Position numbers and translations under genes: made by a program. A DNA stretch of 24,000 bases. Source: an uncultured Anaerolineales bacterium. GTDB taxonomy: Bacteria; Chloroflexota; Anaerolineae; Anaerolineales; UBA11858. This document shows positions 16,105 to 23,142 of the stretch, in pieces (position 1 is the first letter of the stretch; every line of letters starts with the position of its first letter). The notes beneath the pieces are model-generated. The model was not told where the DNA came from and made no database searches. It worked only from the letters and a program-made list of their open reading frames with translations. The stretch covers positions 1 through 24,000 of the forward strand of contig CAZHHT010000011.1 of the NCBI GenBank assembly GCA_964532455.1, given 5' to 3'.

Positions 16105-16151
16105 TTTTCAGTACAATAGTTTTAAACCCATTGAAACTCAGGAGAGAAAGC

Positions 16152-17045
16152 ATGGATAAACTTTACACTTTACTTCAATCCGGAAAACCCATCCTGCTGG
16201 ATGGCGCCATGGGCACCATGCTGATGGAAGCCGGGTTGGAATCCGGCGACTCGCCAGAGGAATGGAATACCCTCCATCCTGAAAAAGTCAGGGAAATTCA
16301 CCGCGCTTATATTCAAGCCGGATCCCGGATTATCCTCACCAATACTTTTGGCGGAACCTCGATCCGCATGGAAACCCACGGACTGGCTGACAGGGTGTTT
16401 GAATTGAATAAAAAAGCCGCTGAAAACGCTCGAGCCGAAGCAGATGGGGCTCCCCACCCTGTTCTGGTTGCCGGATCGATGGGTCCAACCGGTCAGCTCC
16501 TGGAACCTCTCGGAACCCTGAGTATCAGCGATGCTGAACAATCTTTCGCTGATCAGGCTGCCGGACTGGCAGCAGGAGGTGTTGATCTCTTCTGGGTTGA
16601 AACCATGAGTGACCTCACTGAAGTGAAAGCAGCCGTTGTTGGCATCCGCTCAGTAAGCAATCTGCCCATCGCGGCAACTATGTCATTTGATTCCCACGGC
16701 CATACCATGATGGGGGTCAGTCCCGAACAGGCGGTGAAAGAGCTGGGTGAGATGGATATCCAGCTGTTGGGAGCAAACTGCGGCACAGGATCAGATGAAC
16801 TAATCGAAGCCATTAAAAAAATGCGTGCCGCAAATCCGACCCTACCCTTAATCGCCAAAGCCAATGCCGGTATCCCCAAGATGGTAGGAACCAAGGTGGT
16901 TTATGACGGCTCCCCAGAGGTCATGGCTGCTTATGCGGTTGACGCCTGGAAAGAGGGTGCTACCTTGATTGGAGGCTGCTGCGGCAGTACACCGGACCAT
17001 GTCCGGGCGATGGCTGAAGCGTTGGCTGAAATCCAACCCCGTTAA
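16152..17045 (+). CDS. Homocysteine S-methyltransferase-domain protein (MetH N-terminal module, stand-alone)
   Basis: ILLDGAMGT, ILTNTFG and zinc ligands in GANCG and GGCCGSTP. Start at ATG 16152 with a GGAGAG RBS. The ORF-track upstream extension (15714-16151) is rnpB. Confidence 0.85.
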   Translation: MDKLYTLLQSGKPILLDGAMGTMLMEAGLESGDSPEEWNTLHPEKVREIHRAYIQAGSRIILTNTFGGTSIRMETHGLADRVFELNKKAAENARAEADGAPHPVLVAGSMGPTGQLLEPLGTLSISDAEQSFADQAAGLAAGGVDLFWVETMSDLTEVKAAVVGIRSVSNLPIAATMSFDSHGHTMMGVSPEQAVKELGEMDIQLLGANCGTGSDELIEAIKKMRAANPTLPLIAKANAGIPKMVGTKVVYDGSPEVMAAYAVDAWKEGATLIGGCCGSTPDHVRAMAEALAEIQPR

Positions 17046-17191
17046 ATCCCGGGGATCTTTGATCACATATAAATTGATGCCCTGACAATAATCAGTTTCT
17101 GTCAGCTGGATGAATGTAAATAACCTCAGCTGAAATATTTGTAATATACTTGAAAGGTAAAATCATATGAACCTGTTTCAGAGGAGAAATA

Positions 17192-18058
17192 ATGGCGAAA
17201 AACCTGACCACGCTGATCACTTCAAAATCCAGGACTGTGGAAATTCAGCGGAATAATCCAACGGTCATTATCGGAGAACGCATCAACCCGACTGGCCGGA
17301 AAAAATTATTGAGCGAATTAAAAGAAGGCAAATTTGATATCGTAAAAAACGATGCCATCGCTCAGGTAAAAGCCGGGGCAAAGATCATCGACGTGAATGC
17401 CGGTGTGCCGGGAGCAAACGAGGAGATTTTGCTCAAAGATATGATCTATGCCGTAATGGATGCCACAGATATGCCGCTTTGTTTTGATACAGCAGATAAC
17501 AAAGCCCTGGAAACTGCCCTCTCCATCTATGAGGGCAAAGCCTTGATCAATTCTGTGAACGGAGAAGAAGAACGATTGGCCACTGTCCTCCCCCTGGTTA
17601 AGGAATATGATGCCGCGGTGATTGCCCTCTGTATGGATGATGACGGTATCCCTCCTACAGCAGAAGCCCGATTTAAAGTGGCCGCGAAAATGATTGAACA
17701 GGCAGATAAACTGGGAATCTCTGCTGATCGGATGGTGATCGATCCTCTGGCGCTGACAATGGGTTCAGATCACAATGCGGGCCGGATCGCCATCGATACC
17801 ATTAAAATGGTCGTTGAAGAGTTCGGCGTGAATATAACTATGGGAGTCAGCAACATCTCTTTTGGTATGCCGGACCGCCCTGCTATCAATGCCACATTCC
17901 TTGCCATGGCAATTTTGGCCGGATTAACTTGTCCGATCACCAATCCCCTGGAAGAAGAAATTATCCTGGCTGTCCAGGCAGCCGATTTGGTGATGGGCCG
18001 GGATGAGTTTGGAATGAATTGGATTAAATCTTACCGTTCACGATTAAAAGAATCCTGA
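17192..18058 (+). CDS. Pterin-binding methyltetrahydrofolate:corrinoid methyltransferase-domain protein (MetH/AcsE-like MeTr)
   Basis: IGERINPTGRKK, IIDVNAG, LINSVNG and the SNISFGMP-type block are typical of the DHPS-like pterin-binding domain. GAGGAG RBS. Confidence 0.85.
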   Translation: MAKNLTTLITSKSRTVEIQRNNPTVIIGERINPTGRKKLLSELKEGKFDIVKNDAIAQVKAGAKIIDVNAGVPGANEEILLKDMIYAVMDATDMPLCFDTADNKALETALSIYEGKALINSVNGEEERLATVLPLVKEYDAAVIALCMDDDGIPPTAEARFKVAAKMIEQADKLGISADRMVIDPLALTMGSDHNAGRIAIDTIKMVVEEFGVNITMGVSNISFGMPDRPAINATFLAMAILAGLTCPITNPLEEEIILAVQAADLVMGRDEFGMNWIKSYRSRLKES

Positions 18059-18106
18059 AGTAATTTATCACCTATCATTTTCATTTAATTAAAGAGGAAA
18101 TAATCA

Positions 18107-18748
18107 ATGAGTGGACTTTTATCAGAAATAACATCAATGCTTATTGAAGGGAACTTCAAAGATATGGCAGCCAAAACAAATGCTGCCCTGGAAGAAGGAA
18201 TTGGAGTTGAGTCCATTCTCAATGAAGGCCTCATGCCGGGAATGGATCATGTCGGCGTTGAGTTTAAGGCCGGAAACATGTTTGTCCCGGAAGTTCTCCG
18301 CTCTGCCAAAACCATGCAGGAAGCTATGAACATTATCCGTCCCATACTGGTTGAGACCGGGGCAGAACCCGCTGGAAAAATTATCATTGGTACAGCCAAA
18401 GGCGACCTGCATGATATCGGTAAAAACCTGGTCGGCATGATGTGTGAGGGATCTGGATTTGAAGTGATCGACCTCGGCAAAAACGTGGATCCCCCCGCCT
18501 TCGTTGAAGCTGCAGAAGAACACCAGCCAGATATCATCGGTATGTCCGCATTACTGACTACCACGATGCTTTCCATGGAACGTACAATTAAAGCCCTGGT
18601 CGAAGCCGGTGTCCGTGATTCAGTCAAAGTTATGATTGGCGGCGCTCCTGTCACTCAGGATTTTGCTGATCAGATAGGCGCCGATGGATATGCGTCCAAC
18701 GCAGCATCCGCCTCAGATCTTGCCAAGGAATTAACCACCTGCCCCTGA
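18107..18748 (+). CDS. Corrinoid (cobalamin-binding) protein, B12 cap + Rossmann domain
   Basis: DxHxxG motif (GDLHDIGKNLV), SxL (MSALLTTT) and GG (MIGGAP). 213 aa. Confidence 0.9.
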   Translation: MSGLLSEITSMLIEGNFKDMAAKTNAALEEGIGVESILNEGLMPGMDHVGVEFKAGNMFVPEVLRSAKTMQEAMNIIRPILVETGAEPAGKIIIGTAKGDLHDIGKNLVGMMCEGSGFEVIDLGKNVDPPAFVEAAEEHQPDIIGMSALLTTTMLSMERTIKALVEAGVRDSVKVMIGGAPVTQDFADQIGADGYASNAASASDLAKELTTCP

Positions 18749-18833
18749 TCTGGTTTAATAATCTCAAACTTTGATCATTTATTAGTGTTTGTGCTAATTT
18801 TATTCGTTTACCGGGAAATTATAGGAGTATTCC

Positions 18834-20432
18834 ATGCCGGAAGTTACCATCATCTATGGAGCAGAAACAAAAACCGTTCATGCTGAAGAAGGCGATCTAC
18901 TGGGAGATGTCATTGCCCAATCAAATCTTCCTCTTGAACAGCCTTGCGCAGGAAAGGGAACCTGCGGCAAATGCAAGGTTCTGGTGGAAGTCGGAACTGC
19001 AGCTCCGGATGAAATTGAACTAAAGAATCTCACTCAGGGGGAAATTGCCCTCAATAACCGGCTTGCCTGCCGGGCTCGGATTCAGGGCGAGACCCGTATT
19101 GTACTCTCCCCGATTGTGGTTTATTCAAACAAGATTTTTAAAGGCAGTTCACGATACAAAAAGGATAAAGGCATCCCATTGGGACTGGCAATTGACCTCG
19201 GAACTACCACAGTCGCCGCGTTCTTAACCACGCTGGATAATGGAGAAGTTGTCGCCGGAAGCGGTGGGTTAAACCAACAAACCGTCTACGGCTCTGATGT
19301 CATCTCACGTTTGGCAGCAGCAATAGATAACCCTCAAAATGCCAATCGCTTGCACCGTCTGGCGCTGGCTTCCATCAACTAGGCAGTAGATTCACTCAAT
19401 TTACCATCAAAAACATGGGCTCGAATACAACGCGTCACCATTGTCGGTAATGTGGCAATGCACCATTTATTAACAGAACTGCCGCTAAAAAACCTGGCTT
19501 ATCTCCCCTTTCAACCCCACGACTCTAAATCCATCCTGGATGGGTCCCGCTGCATGGAAGGGATCTTTCCGGGAAACGTCCAGGTTTCTCTGCCGGCTTT
19601 GATAGGCGGATTTGTCGGTTCTGATGCGCTGGCCTGCCTGGCCTATTTCGGATTTGGCAATCCTGGCGGTCCAATGGCAGCGATCGATCTGGGAACAAAT
19701 GGCGAAGTGATGATCACTGATGGAACGCAAATCCTGACCGCCTCCACAGCCGCTGGACCCGCCTTTGAAGGAGTGAATATTTCTTGTGGATCGAGGGCAG
19801 TAGACGGCGCGATCACCAAGGTGATCAAGGAGAACAGCGAAATAAACCTGGTTACCATCGCCGATGCGCCCCCGATCGGTCTGACCGGATCAGGACTTCT
19901 CTCCGCTATAGCAGTTTTCCGCCGGGCAGGGATTATTGACTCTAGCGGCCGAATAAATCCGGAGGGTTATCATAATCTATCTGGTTCAGATTCTAATTCG
20001 ACAAATATTCTTCTCAGTGAAACCAGCAGCGGAATTAAGCAAATTCAGCTTAAACCAGAGACAGATCTGTACCTGACTCAAACGGATATCCGGGAGCTGC
20101 AAAAAGCCAAAGGCGCAGTTCGGGCCGCTGTTGACCTGCTGATGAATCAGCTGGACCTCTCCCCTGCAGATTTGAACCGGGTTATCCTCACCGGATCCTT
20201 TGGCGGCGAGGTGGATATAGATTCCATCCTGGAACTCGGGATGATACCTCCTGTTAAGAAGGAAATTGTGGAAACTACAGCCAACGGGGCTGGATTCGGC
20301 GCCGCCATGTTCCTGTCTGATGAAGGCTTTGCCCTGGGGGAAAAATTAGCAGAAAAAGCCAAACAAGTAGACCTGGATCAGGATGCCATGTTTTTTGATT
20401 TCTACATCGAAGGCATGAAACTCGCCCCCTGA
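18834..20432 (+). CDS. RACo/RamA-like ATP-dependent reductive activase of corrinoid proteins (2Fe-2S ferredoxin + ASKHA/DUF4445), interrupted by one in-frame TAG at 19380-19382 (pseudogene, error or recoding)
   Basis: N-terminal plant-type ferredoxin cysteines (CAGKGTCGKCKV...LACRARI). ASKHA phosphate motifs AIDLGTTTV and AIDLGTNGE, and IVGNVAMHHL. ORFs 18834-19382 and 19452-20432 share one frame, and the stretch between them is open. Confidence 0.8.
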
Positions 20433-20449
20433 AAGGATCAAATCTCATC

Positions 20450-21379
20450 TTGAAGAGCACTCTGACTCAACAACCTTCATCCAGGTTTTCCGGAATACTC
20501 ATGGTTATCGCAGCCACTGCCTGCTGGGGGACATCCGGTATTTTTATCCAGCATATTGTCCAAAAAAGTGGTCTTTCTGCAGTGGGACTGGCGTTCTGGA
20601 GGGATCTAATCTCCTCAGTAGTGATGCTGACGGGTATCCTGATCACCCGTCCGAAGCTGCTGATCGTGAAGAAAAAAGACTTACCCTGGTTTATTTTTAT
20701 GGGTGTGATCAGCATTGGGACCTTTTATGTTTTCTGGAATAAATCGGTCTTGATGCTGGGTGCTTCCCTGGCAACAGTCATTCAATGTAATGCCCCAATT
20801 TTTGTGACCATCATGGCCCGATTCTTGTTCAAAGAGCTGCTGACACTCCGCAAGATCCTTGCAATTGGGTTAGCTGCAGCCGGCATAATCCTGGTTGCTG
20901 GCTTGATTAATGAAGCCAGCTGGAAAATACTGCCTAAAGGATTACTGATTGCCCTGGGATCAGCCATTACTTATGGATCTTTAAGTCTCTTCGGGAAAAA
21001 ACTCAGCACTGAATATAATTCCTGGACGATCATGTTCTACATTTTTGCCATCGGAACCCTGACCTTGTTTATCTTTCAATCCGGCAGACCAGATCCCTGG
21101 CCAACCGGGAGCGGAATCCTGGGCTGGGTTCTCGGATTTGTACTGATGTCCACTATCCTGGGTTTTAGTCTCTACACCAAAGCGTTATTAATCCTTCCAG
21201 CAAGTACCGCCTCGATCACGGCTACAACAGAAATCCTGTTCGCGTCCATCCTGGCCTACTTTATTTTTGGGGAACAGCTTGGTGTTTGGCAAATTCTCGG
21301 CGCGCTGCTGATTATCAGCGGCGTTGTGCTGGTATCCCTTGCCAGGGATAACCCTCCTGATACTATGATATCCAATTAG
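20450..21379 (+). CDS. EamA/DMT-superfamily transporter
   Basis: About 10 hydrophobic segments arranged as two EamA-like repeats. 309 aa from the TTG start. The start codon is uncertain; an alternative ATG lies at 20501. Confidence 0.75.
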   Translation: MKSTLTQQPSSRFSGILMVIAATACWGTSGIFIQHIVQKSGLSAVGLAFWRDLISSVVMLTGILITRPKLLIVKKKDLPWFIFMGVISIGTFYVFWNKSVLMLGASLATVIQCNAPIFVTIMARFLFKELLTLRKILAIGLAAAGIILVAGLINEASWKILPKGLLIALGSAITYGSLSLFGKKLSTEYNSWTIMFYIFAIGTLTLFIFQSGRPDPWPTGSGILGWVLGFVLMSTILGFSLYTKALLILPASTASITATTEILFASILAYFIFGEQLGVWQILGALLIISGVVLVSLARDNPPDTMISN

Positions 21380-21461
21380 GCAGATACCCTGAAATGGAGA
21401 TCATTATTTTCGCTTCAGTCATCACCATCTATAACGTTTATCCGCTGAAAGGAATAATTTT

Positions 21462-22115
21462 ATGCCAATTGTTGTCTCAGATATTGAAGGAACATTAACA
21501 ACTGGTTCTAGCTGGAAAGCCCTCAAGCGGTATTACCTGACCTACCTAAATCCCTGGGTGTACCGTTTTTTTATCTTACGCTGGCTGCCGCGGTATCCAC
21601 TGGTTCAGGCAGGCATTCTTGATAGGGAAAAGGCAATAACGGAGTGGATGCGCCGGGAAATTAACCTTCTCAAAGGGTTTTCCCCGGATGAATTTATTAA
21701 AATTGCCAAATGGATCGTTGAAAACGAAATGTGGTCTCAAAGAAGAGATTTCATGGTCAAGGAATTAGAAAAATATAAAACATCCGGAATAAAAATTGTC
21801 CTTGTCTCCAGCGCTTACCAACCCCTTGTAGACCTGTTTGCGGACCATATTGATGCAGACGCCATTGGTTCTTCTCTCATTTATCAGGAGAATAAATTAA
21901 CCGGTGTTTCGGTACCGGTTAATGCTTACCAGCAAAAAGCAGCCAACATTCTGACTCGCTATAAAAATGAGAATATCGCAGCAGCATATGGAGACACAAT
22001 GTCCGATTTACCTATGATGGAGATCAGTGAAGAACCAGTTGCGGTAACTCCCTCTCCAAAATTGCGGAAAATCGCCGAATACAGGGGCTGGCGGATTATT
22101 GAAGGTCAGGGATGA
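21462..22115 (+). CDS. HAD-superfamily hydrolase, subfamily IB (SerB-like)
   Basis: Motif I VVSDIEGTLT, motif II VLVSSA, motif IV YGDTMSDLPMM. Helical cap insert between motifs I and II. Confidence 0.75.
   Translation: MPIVVSDIEGTLTTGSSWKALKRYYLTYLNPWVYRFFILRWLPRYPLVQAGILDREKAITEWMRREINLLKGFSPDEFIKIAKWIVENEMWSQRRDFMVKELEKYKTSGIKIVLVSSAYQPLVDLFADHIDADAIGSSLIYQENKLTGVSVPVNAYQQKAANILTRYKNENIAAAYGDTMSDLPMMEISEEPVAVTPSPKLRKIAEYRGWRIIEGQG
22065..22112 (+). repeat. Direct repeat copy A (inside the 3' end of the HAD gene)
   Basis: The 48 nt CGGAAAATCGCCGAATACAGGGGCTGGCGGATTATTGAAGGTCAGGGA match 22683-22730 at 46/48 positions. Confidence 0.9.
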
Positions 22116-22226
22116 GACATATTGAATCCTTATGGTGGATAAGTAATCACTATCCTAGAGATTCAGCTCTTTTATCACAATCGATAACCCAGAAATCCAA
22201 TTAATACCTGGAGTAAGCATACATGT

Positions 22227-22256
22227 AAACCGCCGCAAGAACCGATTGGGCGGTTT
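22227..22256. other. Hairpin AAACCGCC-N14-GGCGGTTT
   Basis: 8-bp GC-rich stem about 110 nt downstream of the HAD stop, followed by TTTAA. A weak terminator candidate. Confidence 0.35.
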
Positions 22257-22260
22257 AAGA

Positions 22261-22441
22261 AACCTATCCCCTAACCCCTTTCCCCCCGGAAAGGGGAATC
22301 TGATTCAAGCGTTTTCAGAATTGTCCCTAGAACATGGTCCATTTCGTTCATCATCTCGCGAATGGAGAAATAATAATACTCCAGTCTCTTCCAGTTCCCT
22401 AAACTCCCCCTTCCAACTGGAAGGGGGCCAGGGGGTAGGTT
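22261..22441. repeat. 181-bp nested inverted-repeat element (MITE-like or structured RNA)
   Basis: Terminal 23-nt inverted repeats AACCTATCCCCTAACCCCTTTCC (22261-22283) and GGAAGGGGGCCAGGGGGTAGGTT (22419-22441) match at 19/23. Each also forms a local 9-bp hairpin: 22275-22296 (CCCCTTTCC-cccc-GGAAAGGGG) and 22406-22427 (CCCCCTTCC-aact-GGAAGGGGG). Confidence 0.7.
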
Positions 22442-22449
22442 ACTACTAC

Positions 22450-22566
22450 CTCACTGCCTGTTCTCGAATATTACTGAACATTCAGTGTTAAAAAAATATC
22501 CTGCATTCTTTCCAGAGCCAGATTGATGTTCTTTGGGGAATTAGCGTATGATAATCGGGCATATCC
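22450..22566 (-). pseudogene. 3'-terminal fragment of a class I/II (aspartate-type) aminotransferase gene
   Basis: Minus-strand translation GYARLSYANSPKNINLALERMQDIFF... matches the conserved C-terminal G-x-x-R-L-S-Y-A-x-S...ALER block. The frame is closed by TGA immediately upstream, leaving 38 codons. Confidence 0.5.
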
Positions 22567-22682
22567 TCAGCTACTGTTTACTCTTCAAAAGCCTAGTCAT
22601 TTGAACTGCCGGCATACCTCCAGAATGGTTTACTATACCAGCGATAACATTCCGCTATAGCTGCTTTGATAAGTTAGAACTT

Positions 22683-22730
22683 CGGAAAATCTCCGAATAC
22701 AGGGGCTGGTGGATTATTGAAGGTCAGGGA
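22683..22730 (+). repeat. Direct repeat copy B (displaced copy of the HAD gene 3' end)
   Basis: 46/48 identity to 22065-22112. It would encode LRKISEYRGWWIIEGQGK*, compared with LRKIAEYRGWRIIEGQG* in the gene. No homology extends upstream of the repeat. Confidence 0.9.
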
Positions 22731-22918
22731 AAATAAAAAAATACCTGGAAAGTCCTAGCCGGGTACTATGCACCGTCACTTCCTGTTGCCTGACATAATC
22801 CAACGACGGTAAGATTCAAAAGGTCTACCTTATCAGATAGTTAAGCTAGATCCCCATTCACGCTCAAAAGCTATGGGGCAGCTGGAGAGATATTTCCCTG
22901 AACTTTCACCGGGCGGGG

Positions 22919-22946
22919 TTGACATCTGGCAGGAAGTTATTAAAAT
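22919..22946 (+). promoter_or_regulatory. Putative promoter of the cysteine synthase gene
   Basis: Consensus TTGACA (22919-22924), 16-nt spacer, TAAAAT (22941-22946). Implies a leader of about 190 nt. Confidence 0.4.
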
Positions 22947-23142
22947 AAATATCATCTTATTCATAATAAATGGTTGGATTTATGAACATCACTTGCGCCT
23001 GTATACAGCGGGGATCGTAAAACAGCTTCCTGAGATCAGCTGGTCAATAGATTCCTAGAAGCAGAGGCGATTCCCACAGATTACTTATGCCCTCAGCGAC
23101 ATAGGAAATGTTGGCCGCTATTATTTAAGCAGGAAACAGTTA

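Noticed and set aside
15714-16151. N-terminal 146 codons of the 443-aa ORF, and minus-strand ORFs 15683-16018, 15702-15893 and 15724-15915
   Set aside because: The region is RNase P RNA (rnpB). The real methyltransferase starts at ATG 16152 with its own RBS, where homology to the Hcy-binding domain begins.
15584-17191. Searched for a cobalamin, SAM or THF riboswitch upstream of the MetH-like genes
   Set aside because: I found no B12-box-like or S-box-like consensus. The structured RNA present is unambiguously RNase P RNA. An Infernal scan would still be needed for certainty.
22246-22491. 81-aa plus-strand ORF
   Set aside because: It spans the inverted-repeat element and hairpins. It is P/S/G-rich and low-complexity with no SD. 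The region is better explained as a repeat/scar.
22873-23058. 61-aa plus-strand ORF
   Set aside because: It has no RBS or motifs, and it contains the best promoter candidate for the downstream cysteine synthase.
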